A stretch of DNA of 64,000 nucleotides, from positions 1,240,001 through 1,304,000 of the forward strand of contig CM074821.1 of assembly GCA_037447605.1 (NCBI GenBank), given 5' to 3'. The position numbers and the translations under genes are program-made. Source of the stretch: Zygnema circumcarinatum SAG 698-1b (lineage: Eukaryota; Plantae; Zygnematophyceae). Each line of letters begins with the position of its first letter. Position 1 is the first letter of the stretch. Of the stretch, positions 1 through 26,930 are shown one piece after another. The notes beneath the pieces were generated by a model. That model ran no database searches, was not told where the DNA came from, and saw only the letters and a program-made list of their open reading frames with translations.

Positions 1-356
1 AAGAAAATTTTGGATGGGCTCCGCTCCATAAGTCCATGGCCCTGCAGGGCCGTGGAATCGGCGTTACACAATGGGGGTTCTCTTTAGTTTTTTGGGGTCG
101 TGATGTATCGCTAAGGAAGCTGATAATTTTTGCTTAAGGCTGCAAGTCTTGACGCGCTGGAGCTACAGGTTGTCACGAGGCTGATATACTGATTTCTAAT
201 TTCAGATATATGGCGCGTAACTATGTCTGACACCACGTGTTTGAAGCTCGACATCAGTGAACATTCTCCCGCAGAATCAATAACAACAAGCAAAAATAAA
301 TACTGCTCTTGAACCAGATCCCATCCCAATTTCGGCGAGCTGTAAAGCACAAACTA

Positions 357-547
357 GAGTAGACCCCCCCAATATTTTCGCCATGGTTTCGGCAAATATT
401 GGGCGAAAATATTGGGTAGCGAAAATGTAAGGGTGCGTGTTAACAATAGGCGGGCGGTATTATATTAAAAAGTGGTTTTGGCAAATTCAGGGCGAAAATA
501 TTGGGGAGCGAAAATAAGAGGGGCGAAAATATTGGGGGGGTCTACTG
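357..547. mobile_element. Tc1/mariner-type MITE (family A), 191 bp
   Basis: Perfect 25-bp terminal inverted repeat AGTAGACCCCCCCAATATTTTCGCC (358-382 / 522-546). Flanked by TA at 355-356 and 548-549. Internal AATATTTTCGCC subrepeats, no ORF. A diverged copy lies at ~42334-42511. Confidence 0.7.
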
Positions 548-549
548 TA

Positions 550-1110
550 CAGTGGGGGGTCCTCGTATTTACCACCCCAAGGAGTGCGCCCTCAATATTT
601 TCGCCCCAATTTTGCCGAAACCACTTTTTGTACGGTAACTTGTGTTAGCCGTACTTTCCGTACTATTCGTACTCTCCGTACTGTCCGTACTATCTGTACT
701 AGCCGTTACGGGCTTACGCAAAACTCACCTAATCTCCCCGCTCGTGCCGCCGTAAGAGGCGCTCGCTCTTCTCCCCGTCTTCTTGACTTCGATACGATAC
801 GATACGATATGTTCGATACGATACGAAACTCCCCGATACGTTACTATCCGTAATACGGCATCATCGATGAGACGAACAACATAGTCCTAAAAACTCCGCT
901 TACGCGTCACGATATGTCACGGTACGATACGATACTAAATGGTACAATACGATACGGTACGATATGGTGCAGTACGATACGTACGGTTCAACATGAACTC
1001 TAACATAATACCGCCCGTCTATTCGTAACACGAACCTTATATATGCAAATTTAATATTTTCGCCTCATATTGGCCGGAACCAGGGTGAAAAATATGAGGA
1101 CCCCCTACTG
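550..1110. mobile_element. Tc1/mariner-type MITE (family B), ~560 bp, abutting family A
   Basis: Left end CAGTGGGGGGTCCTCGTATTT; right end reverse-complements to CAGTAGGGGGTCCTCATATTT. TA on both sides (548-549, 1111-1112). Interior has CCGTACT and GATAC short tandem repeats. Confidence 0.6.
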
Positions 1111-2390
1111 TATGTGATGTTCCTGGCAAGTTTGTACGGCCTTGAGGCGCCGGGCACGAGGCCACCGCCCTATGTAATGTCGTTTCTTTGTTCTTGCAGC
1201 GTTCACATGCGCATGCAGGCCCATATCCTCGTGTGCTTCACGCATGCACGTTTATATGTAACAGGAGACTGGATAAGCCTATATGCCCACAAGCAGTGCT
1301 ATAGCTCGTCGTTTAAGGATAGGGGTAAAATTAGGCGGCGAAAGATCCACAATTGCATGTCGGCAGTCCCCGATCTGACCCTCTATGCAATCCCAACCCT
1401 AACCCTTGCTGGGAGGAGCTCATATCGTTCCAGACGCTACGAGCCTCCACTAAGGCACTGGCTGCACCTAAAGTGATAGCATGGAACTTCCCGGAGGTCG
1501 AGAAACTGCAAACGGGACCAAGAGAACAACGAGCCGCTCACCCGTCAGCTGTAACAGAAGTCACTACTCGTTTAGCCCCACATCCCTTCTCTCATAGAAC
1601 TGCTGCAAATTTTTTAGGCGCAGGTCACGTCATGGCGGAGGCGAGAAAAGTTTCCTGCGAAAACTGCCGCACCATCACTGTCTTCACATTTCCAGAGGCT
1701 ACAAAGATCCCCTGCAATGGAAAAACATGTGCAGACAAGTTATAATCTTTCAAAAAAAATCATAGGCTAGTAAATCCTTTGCTGCAATCCACTTCTTGTA
1801 CTTCAAAGGCAAGGATGGTTACGCCCAGAAAAATGGCTGTGAATTCTAATCACATATTCCTCTAGAGTTCAATTCCGGCAGTGAAGACATTGTCCACAAA
1901 GGATGAATTCGCAGCATCATAATTCGAAAAAACCAAACAATGCCTGTGAATATGGAGTACCTGCCCAGCTCTCAGAGCTGCTGCTTGCGTGCATGCTGAA
2001 AAATGGTACAAACGCGCAAAATGACAATATTGGGAGCTGCTGACTGACCACTGCATCAACAGACAACAGCAAGAAAGACGAATAATCCGCTTCAATTGTG
2101 GGCAAAGGCCGAACTGAACATTGTCAGAAGGAAAAAAACAATTGGGTATGAAAAGTATGGGCAGTCCTTTTGTTAACCCTCCTCCAAATGTTTGCCAAAG
2201 AGCTATTGTCAAACAAGCGTGATGAAGATTCCGCATTCAAATCAAGCATGTCGGAATCTGAGTAAAGGCAAACGACTGCAAGGCAGCGTTGTTCTATTAG
2301 GAAGAATGGTGAGAGGACCTTAGGGAAAACTGACTGACCATAAGCACATGCGTGTTTTGCTGAGCAGAGGCGAAGACAAGACAGCCGCCG

Positions 2391-5300
2391 TCATTCCGAA
2401 ATATTTGATACCACAATTGTCACTTTGCCGATTGCGACAGTCTTGCCTGAAATCACACACAGCCGTTCCATGCATGAACTGACCAGCAATTAGTTGAAAA
2501 GACTGGGGTCAGCTTCACATGGGCAAATGACTCGGTTAATTGCTTAAACAAAGACTAATGAACACGAGCGTGTGTCAGAATTTTTATGAAAAAAATGCCA
2601 CATCGCACACAGATATACGATGTATGCGACAGAGGGATATTTCAGAAAACTATATGACCAATCAGAGGACTAAATCATTAACATGTTGTTTGCTTCCACA
2701 TAAAGGACAACAAAAATCAACCATCGTCTAGCTCCTAAACTTCCCTCCTCAATAAAGCTAAAAAACAATCTTCAGATGAACCCTCCCGCCACCCTTGATG
2801 AAAAAAACTTACCTTCATCTCGAAGCGTGAACCTGCCCAACTGTGGGAAGGACGAAAATGTTTCGACACATATCAGCTGATTGACCTGAACATAGAAACA
2901 TGCAAGCCATTGAAACCAATCAGACCTGATTTGGAGCCTGGGGTGGATCTGACAATTAACATGGAGAAAAGACAATTTGATGCACGCTCGTCATACTTCC
3001 AAGGCGTAAAGGAATTTCAGGAAAATAAGGCTCACAAGAAAAAATATTGAGACACACCTGAATGCGTGCTGTCAGAATGGCGTTGCTTTTCACAAAGAGC
3101 GGCTTCTTCTTCATCCATTTTTTTGTCTTCGGGTCCATCTGCTGCAAAAGCTCGATGATTTCGCACTCCTCCACAACGGAATGGATGTGCAAAACTGCCT
3201 TATAGCCAGCAGTGAAAATGGCCTACAGCATTTCAACCCACAAGGGATGCTGACAGTCAAATTAAGTGAGCATGAGAAACGACTCGAATGATCAGTCCCG
3301 AGAGCAGATCTGTCACCGAAACTCCAGGATTTGCCTTGTTTAAGCCTCCATGAACATGAGTGAAATTCGCATGTTCAGGATATTTAATGTCGAAACATCT
3401 CCTTTTCTTCCGTGACTGAGATGTGAGACCGAACCCTGCTCAGAAGACAAAACCTCCAAGCTAACATGCTTTTTCAAGACTCTCAGCATAGAACAACCCG
3501 GCAGAAGATAAGTAGACAAAGTGGAAGAGGACAAAGTGTTGTAGTTGTACCTTGTGATCAAGAAGTTCCAAAATCTGAAGCTGTGCATCAAACTCCAGCG
3601 TAGCCAGAATAGGGGATTCTGCCAGGTACAACGCGGTTGAAAATGATAATAATAAGTACGGATTTTCTTCAAAAGAAAGGTCGTTTTTTAATAGCTATGA
3701 TGCAAGAGGGGTAGGCAACAGCTCACGGAAGCAGGTCATTATCATGTGTCTACAATCGTAAAAAGCCTCCAGAATGCAAAACAGTGAAAATAAGGAATTA
3801 CGCCGTCAATACTGATCCTACTTAGATTCGGTCCCAACCACAGGCTCGAAAAGCAAGAGCATTTAGACTTCAAATGACCGGGAAATGTTGGACCATCACT
3901 TACTGACAGATGAAAGGACAAAGCCTGGCAGGATATCTTCTTCTTCGATACCGGATATTCGAATACGCAAGTTCTCTCCAGGCTTCGCGTACTTGACTTC
4001 ATCATTATCGCGAAATATGGTTATCACTTTCACCTGCACCTTGTTAGGCATCACAAGAAGACTATCCCCTCGTCGAACACTACCAGACTCGATCTTTCCC
4101 ATCACAACCGTTCCCATATCACGGTATTTGTCGATCAATGGCATCCTGATACAAAAAAAAGACGAATTTTGCAATGATAAGGCGCCTTACAATGCTCAAC
4201 ATGAATACCCATTGAAGTAATACTTGCAGAACAGGGCTGGCAGAAGCTTCTCCTAAAGTTCAATATGATCTAAACAAGATTGATACTCGGCACAACAACC
4301 ATACACTGGAACAACTGTTCAGAAGACAACACAAAATGCATTTTCAAGTCTTTCAGTTCACAAACTCACCTGAAAAGCCCTTTTGGATCTCTCTCAGGCA
4401 TAACGAGGTCATCCAATATCTCAAAAAGTGCAGGTCCATCCCACCAGGCGCATGCATCCTTGCCCATCCTTTCCTTCATGTTAATCCCCATCAAACCTGA
4501 GATGGGAAGAAACTGCACATCTGCCCAAGGCCCAATCACATGCATTCTCTTAATAAAGGCACCACAGCAATATGGGCAATGTACTAAGAAATCCTCTTCA
4601 TGTACTGCACCCACACCGTTCCGCTGAGTCATTTCAATGTCATCAAGTGACAAACAAGCTTCCCATTAAGTTAAAGATTGCATCTTTTTAAGTGAACTGG
4701 AGGAGAGGACCACATTGAGCCTCAAGCCAGATAAAGGTCGAGATTATTCCACTAAAAAGATCTCCGCAGTCTCCTTCTCATCCTCTCATTTAATAAAGGT
4801 TCGAAGCAAACGTAGGAAATCGACAGTTGGGTAAGAAACGCATATGCACATATGGCTCGACCATCAGCTAGAAGTTTGAAGTGGGCAATGTCAACACATG
4901 AACTCCAATTCCTGTGAATTGAAAGGCAGGCAGGTTCGTCTCACAAATTGTGAAACAGGTTCCTAATTTGCAAAAGTGAGCTTATGAAGAGGGAACAATG
5001 AAATGCACCTACCTTTCTTTGTGTTGTACCCACACGACTTCAAGAAGGGAGTCATTTTTGTCACAATTTCATCGAATCTGGAAAATTACATCAGAAATCC
5101 AACTTCAGTTTTACAATCTAAGCTTTAACATTCTGCCCTAAAGGTCCACAAGGTAGTCCAAAAGAGCAAGTTGTCAAACTAGTTGAGAGATATAGCTTGA
5201 AATGACAATAGAAATGACAGCATTTACCAAACTCCCCTAGATAAGGCACTGACTGCGACATGCAGCCAAGCATGATCCTAATACTGTGTAGAAAACGAGG

Positions 5301-8300
5301 CAGTAGGTCCTGAAGTTATTTTCTCATCACTAGAACCAATAATCATTTTCATAATCATGAGAATCAGGAAATGCATTGCATACCTCTCTTTCGACCACTC
5401 CACAGAAGGATCGTCCATTTTATTCACTACTACCACTAGCTTTGAAACGCCCAATGTCTTTGCCAGCTGGGCATGCTCACGTGTCTGGCCTCCTCTCTCA
5501 AACCCAGTTTCAAATTCACCTTTGCGAGCAGCAATGACCTGAACTCATCCAGTGCCAATAGACGATCGTCACTGAAATTGCATCAATAATTATTCGTACT
5601 GGTCCCTGAAACTCCGATGAGCGGCTCGTCTATCGCAAAAGGAAAATTTCGCCTCACACTACCTCCCAATGCTTAACCACTTTGACAATGCGGTTCACTT
5701 TTCATAAAGAAACGACTCACAAAAAAACATACTACAATAGATCACTTCACATGTTACTGGAGTGACAGTAACCTAAGAACACGCACCACACAAGTTGGTA
5801 AGGCAAAGTAAGGTTATAGGTATAGGTATAGGTATAGGTTTGCCTACCAAAACCCCAACATCGGCTTGCGAGGCACCACTTATCATGTTGGGCACGTAAT
5901 TCTTATGGCCCTGCACAAAACAAAAGGGAGGTAAGTAAGTTCAACTATAAAACGATTCAAAACATGCTCATACTTGAAGCAGAAGAACTGCTAAATGCCT
6001 GGTGAAATCTAAAACAACAAGAGCTGTAAGGAGACAGATTGTTCATACAGGTGCGTCCAGAATAGTGTAACGCCGCTTAGTCGTCTCGAAGTGAGCTCGA
6101 CCGACTTCCACAGTCTTGCCCTGAAAAGTAAGCAACAAGCTCCTTTCAGCAAAGAAAGAGAAACACACCATAGCTGACCTAGGGTCAACAAGGCATTCAG
6201 ACCTGCACACCAGCAGCATTCAAAAGCACACCTTTAATATTCAGAAGTTGAGAGCTTTTCAGGAAGCTTACCTTCGCTCGTTCTTCCTCATTGGTGTCCA
6301 TAATATAAGCCATATACCTTCAGAAAGCAGCACCAAAAAGAAAGGCAAATTAGTTGCCAAAAATGAGGAAAAAGCATCACCTTCGAATAAAAAATGACAG
6401 CTCAAAATTGCAGAAACAAGAGCTTAGCAAGCGTTCTCAAGTTTACTGCAGTCCAGTCAAAAAAATAAGGGCATAATCGATGAGGGAGTTACCAACTCTC
6501 TCGATTCTTATCCTTCGCTTCTCTTTCAAACTTTTCGATTGTCCGTTTGTCCACCATTCCACTCAGGTACAGAATTTGACCACCGATTGTAGACTTTCCA
6601 GCATCTGCAGTTTCCACACAAACCAGACGCTCTTAAAAACGTACAAAAGAGGAAAGCGGATCACCATAAATAAAGCAAAAGAGCCCTGACACAAAGCCCA
6701 CATTCTGTTGTGTGGAAACCTTAGGCAAGCAGAATGCTCTGACTTCCACATGACGACAGGAGAGTCTCATTATCACTATTCTCTGTAAGAATAGACCGTA
6801 TAGCATCTATCTGCCATGTAAACTTACCAACGTGCCCGATAAAAACCAAATTCAGATGGTCGCGATGATCGTCATCCTCATCAACCATGTCATCCTCTTC
6901 TACTTCCATCTCCTCCACCTTACTTGCATGCTCCTGTGCCGGCAAAGTAACGGACTCGCCTGCGCCATTCCCAATGAAATAAAAAAAAAAAGGAATGAAT
7001 GGGGGTCCAAGCAACCTGAAATGATTTGCTACTGAAAAGACTGATGAAGAAACCTTCCAGAATTCTCACATTCTAAAACAGAGGGTAGTAAAGGAAAAGG
7101 ATGCTCAGCTCACCATCCTGCTCAATTGCTGGACCCTTAGTTATCTCCTCCTTGGTCTCCTTTAACTTGAGATCATTCATTTGATCGGCTAGGTCATGAC
7201 CACCTGTACAAGGAAAGGACTCATAACAACCCTTCCAACTGTCAAAAATGCAGCCGTGAACCGCTCTTCGCATAATTCTTTGGACATGAACTACCAGATT
7301 ATAGTAAGATATAGGGAGGCAAACACGGCAGGACAAGGAAAGACCAACGAGAGGCAATTGAAATGACTAAAAATAATCAGCGACCAATCTCGGGCAAGTA
7401 GTACATACTTGATTTACCGCTCAAATCAACAGGCTTGGTCTCTGGGGCCTGCACCATCGTTAAGAAGAAACCAAAAAACACGAGAAATCGCCGTTACATA
7501 TGCAGATACTTATACAAAAGAGGGCCTCCAACGAGTCCTTGTCTAGCTGCGGGCAAACGTAAAAGGTTTGCGATTAGCAGTTAAAAAAACAAGTGGTCTA
7601 CAGTCTGCAGGACGCAGGAGCACTTACAGCTTCTGCCTGCGCGTGTGCATCCACATCCATCGCTGCCTCCACTTTCGTTTCTTTCACAGCAATTGAAGCC
7701 GAAACAGGTGCAGGAGCAGGAGCAGAGGCAGGAGCAGGGGCAGGAGCAGGAGCGGAAGCAGGAGCAGGAGCAGGAGCAGGAGCAAGAGCGGGAGCAGGAG
7801 CGGGAGTGTTCGCAGGAGCGAGAGGAGTAGAGCCAGCAGGAATACTAATAGGCGGCTGAACCACACGTTCAGTCAGCACTTTTTTGACCGCCGGAGCAGG
7901 AGCTGCGTGAGTAGCCTCTCTCTCTCTCTGCATCGGAGCTGCTGCACGCTGCTGCTGCTGTGGCTGCAAACGAGGCCCTTCATTCCGAGGAGGAGCAGAC
8001 CTATGCCCGTCATACTGCGGCCCAGGAGGGTGAGCCATGACTCGCTGAGGGTATCCATGGGGAGGTGCCCCGTATCCTGACTGATATCCGCCATATGCTT
8101 GCTGCGGATAGCCGCCATACGGCTGAGCCGAGCCATAGGGTCCCTGCTGCCCATAGTCGTATTGCATGGGAGGAGCAGCGTAATACCCCGGAGGAGCGGC
8201 GTAGGGGTTGAAGGCAGCGGCTCCAGGGTTGAAGGCGAAAGTCGGCGCGTTGGCGTTGAGCCGGAAGCCGGGAGGAACGTTATTGCCGGGGGGCGGGTGT

Positions 8301-8353
8301 CGCGGAGGAGGAGGCGTGTCGTCCATGTCCTCCCAGGAGTCGGGCGCCGCCAT
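2391..8353 (-). CDS. eRF3: Eukaryotic peptide chain release factor GTP-binding subunit eRF3 (Sup35/GSPT), 16 exons, 748 aa
   Basis: Exons 8353-7628, 7448-7418, 7203-7114, 6959-6828, 6604-6493, 6317-6272, 6120-6049, 5910-5848, 5538-5384, 5077-5013, 4520-4370, 4145-3904, 3618-3551, 3222-3058, 2885-2813, 2446-2391. All introns are GT-AG and phase-consistent (2247 nt). Motifs: [15 protein letters not shown] (G1), [56 protein letters not shown]. Confidence 0.97.
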
Positions 8354-8749
8354 GGCTGCAGCGAGGGTAGGGTTGCAAGGCCGCCCGGCGGTGCAGCAGC
8401 GCCTCCAGCCAGAGAGAGAGCGAGAGAGAGGGAGTGCCAAAAGAAGCGGCCCCTTTTCCTCCCCTTCCCTCCCCCTTCAGGCCGTACCGCTGTAATTTAT
8501 TTCGTACATGTACGGCAAATGTTACATGTGACATGTAAACATGGTCATTTCCGTACGTGATATGTGCGTAGCCTTACATAGATATGGTACGGGTAACTAT
8601 TTCATGGACAGTATGACGGGAGATGAAACTACAGGCTCGAAATTCAAGACACGGATCATGCTGAGTTGGCGAAGTGAATGTCGCGTGGCGTGTTGTAATT
8701 GGAGGATGGTTTGGCACTGTCGACTAGTGGGACCTTCTGCAGTTTCGCA

Positions 8750-8870
8750 TGGCGTCATAATTGAAAACACAATGACGTCATTATTGAAACCTAATGACGC
8801 CATTATTGAAAACCTATGACGTCATACTTGAAACCCAATGAAGTCATACTTGAAAGCCCAATGACGTCAT
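8750..8870. repeat. ~22-bp tandem repeat, six units, each carrying a TGACGTCA (CRE/as-1-like) core or a one-mismatch variant
   Basis: Cores at 8750 (TGGCGTCA), 8773, 8795 (TGACGCCA), 8817, 8839 (TGAAGTCA) and 8862, separated by (T)TATTGAAAC/TACTTGAAAC spacers. Confidence 0.85.
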
Positions 8871-9098
8871 GGACTCGCTGCGCCCGACAGGACCCAAAAG
8901 GACCAAAGTCAACACGTGGCTGATTCCACGTCTCCATCCTTGATTTTCAGTAGACCATAACCAATCGTAGGTAGCCACGTGCAACAAGTTCCACGTGACC
9001 TATTCTCATTGGTGCAGCGCAAGTGCCAGCGTGGCAGGGCCGCAACGGGTCCCGGCAGGTTTGCGCGCGAACGGTTTCAAAAGGACGGGCGCCTCCAC

Positions 9099-9200
9099 AA
9101 ACCCTAACCCTAATCCGGCCCTCGCCATATAGGGGTAGCCCGGCAACCGCTTACCCTAACCCTAATCTAACCCTAATTCCAACCCTAATTCTAACCCTAA
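9099..9200 (+). promoter_or_regulatory. Telo-box / CCCTAA cluster
   Basis: AAACCCTAACCCTAA at 9099 and several further CCCTAA units at 9150-9200, just upstream of the ATG at 9315. Confidence 0.55.
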
Positions 9201-9314
9201 CAAGCCTGAGCGTCACCATAGATCTGCAGCCGTAATTCGCAAGCCATAGATAGGGCTACATGAAGGTCGGGCCATGGCGGAGTGGTGATAAGGGACGCTA
9301 GCGAGTAAGCAGGC

Positions 9315-24778
<15,464 letters not shown>

Positions 24779-24878
24779 NNNNNNNNNNNNNNNNNNNNNN
24801 NNNNNNNNNNNNNNNNNNNNNNNNNNNNNNNNNNNNNNNNNNNNNNNNNNNNNNNNNNNNNNNNNNNNNNNNNNNNNN
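24779..24878. other. 100-N scaffold gap hiding the 3' ends of both the PTM-like gene and the left FucT copy
   Basis: Run of 100 N. Open exons end at both sides. A second 100-N gap lies at 41663-41762; 10-N gaps lie at 29917, 32012, 50119, 54605 and 62875. Confidence 0.95.
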
Positions 24879-24906
24879 GTAACAAAAGTTATACGAAGAA
24901 GCGTAC

Positions 24907-26428
24907 CTTATTCTCTTCACAAACTTGAAGTAAGTCTGGTCCCTCGCTCTCGTGTAAATGGACCCTGCGAATAATTGTTGCATCACTCCTCCGCATCTCA
25001 TCAAGCCGAAGCCTTCTTTTAATCGGAGCATCGAAAACTGTGATGGGGAGGCCGGGATTCGAGCGGTTCCATGCCGCCCACCCAGTCATGAAAGTAGACA
25101 TGTCAATGGTCGGAAATTCCCTGCAAATCGCCACGAATAGCGCACCGAATGTGAGTGGTAGTTCTCTCTCTCTATCTCTCTCCTCTAACTCCATATCACT
25201 GTCTCTCTCTCTCTCTCACTCACTGACTATACTTAAATATCTCTCCCCCCCTTGCTCTCCCCCTCTCTCCTATCTCACGCCTCTCCCCGCTTCCACACTC
25301 CACCCCCCAAGTTCTCTCTCTCTTTTCTTTATCTCCTTACCTCTCTCTCTCTATCTCTCACCCACACTCTCTTAATCTCTCTCACCCCCTTGCGCTTCCC
25401 CCCTCCAGTCTCTCTCCCTTCCTATCTCTCCCTCACAGAGGTCACCCCCACCTCCGTAGACGCCAATAATCGAGATATTGCCCGATATTGTTCACAACAC
25501 TCTTCCCGTTTTTGCTCTCTTCCGGAGGAACATAAACTTCAGTGTCGACGACGAGGATGCGATGCAGAGCCATGGCCTCCCCCGCCATGCAGGCCAAGCT
25601 CCGCCGCCGCTGCCCAAAGCCCACTTCAAATTCCTTCCGAGCTCTCGGATAGAGGAGATATTTCTGCTCCGAATCAAACTCATACTCTCCTTTCCAGCTC
25701 CTCCACCACATTGCATATGGAGAAGGGGGAGGTCGTTGTATAAGAGAATCCATGGCTGCCACCTCTCTCTGCTCGATATCTCCCTCACTTCCTTGTTCAG
25801 TGCCCTCTCCCTCTTCCAACATATTCATCTCCTTCTCGAGGTTTTGGCTCTTCCACTTCTTCTCAGAAGAAGCCATGGATTCATTTAGAAATATTCGTTC
25901 TCCATCTCCCTCTCTTTCGATGACTCCCACTACTGCGTCCCTCTCCCTTTCTCTGCTTGTCTCCCTTCCCCCCTCCCCTCTGCTTCCCACCTCCCCTTCC
26001 CCCTCCTCCTCGCCCCCATACTCCCCCATTTCAAACTCCCCCACCTCCTTCACCGTTCCTTCCTCCCTCCCTTCCTCACCTCCATTCTCCTCTTTGCTGA
26101 GCAACCATACTCCTCCTCCCCACCGCTTTCCACTCCTTCCCCAATATCTCACTTTCCTCCCTTCTTCACCCTCCCTCCTCCTTCTCCCCTGGCCATCCCC
26201 CTCCTCTCCCCCCTCCCTCGCCCTCCTCCAGCTCTCCTGCAGAAGCTTCAGGTGCCCCCCCAATCCCTCCCCCATCCCCCCACCCCCCTTCCCCGCCCCC
26301 CAAAGAGCGGGCAGGCTCCCCGGCAGCAGCAAGAGGTGCGCCCCCGCCAGCAACACTATTGCCGCCATCGCCGCCATGGCCGCTACCCAGCCCTGCCCCT
26401 GCCCCCGGCCCTGCCCGTCCCCGGCCAT
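24907..26428 (-). CDS. SUB1/At4g12700-like O-fucosyltransferase-family (GT-B) type II membrane protein, copy L; 3'-partial
   Basis: Exons 26428-25452 and 25120-24907 (phase-consistent). N-terminal TM segment AAMAAMAAIVLLAGAHLLLL and G/E-rich stem. FDSEQKYLLY..SLACMAGEAMALHRILVVD..YLDY matches the SUB1-family KYL.Y..CALGEA.YLNRTLVMD..FYFDF pattern (from memory). Remainder is in the gap. Confidence 0.72.
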
Positions 26429-26930
26429 GGCGGCACCTTCGCCCGCCGGGCACCGTCCTCCTCGGACTCACCCAGACGTGCCGTAAAACGATAGATAAAA
26501 CTTAATTCGTCTATACTACAAGATAATTTCTTCTTTGAGGGAGCGTGAGCGAGAGCGGGAGCAGGAGTGGCAGTGAGTGTATCCAGAACGGGACTGAGTG
26601 AGTCCCAACCCTCCCTCCCTCCCTCCCTCCCTCTTATTCCTGCCTCCTGCCTCCCCTATCTCCCTCCCTCCCTCCATTTTCAGCAGCTCTTGCCCGCCCC
26701 CTTGTCAGTACCCGCCCGCCCTCCGCTCACTTTGCCCCCCCGCCGGCCCGTGCAGCTGTGCCGTACGGTACTCGCCCTCCCTGCCTGCCTGACTGCGAGA
26801 GGTGCCGCCGCCCGCTTACCGCCTGCCCGGTTCGTTCCGACGGGGAAGGGGACCCGCTGGCGGCGGGGGGGAGGGAGGGAGGGAGGGAGGGAGAGAGGGA
26901 GGGACAGAGGGAGGGAGAGTGAAGGGGACG

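Larger units (their letters stand above)
8354..9314. promoter_or_regulatory. Bidirectional promoter region between eRF3 and the PTM-like gene
   Basis: The two ATGs are divergent and 961 bp apart. Region contains CCGTAC/GTAC motifs (8482 onward), a TGACGTCA tandem array and telo-boxes. Confidence 0.6.

Noticed and set aside
8099-8560. Antisense ORFs over eRF3 exon 1 and over the GALT/FucT exons
   Set aside because: Expected shadow frames of GC-rich coding sequence with no independent evidence.
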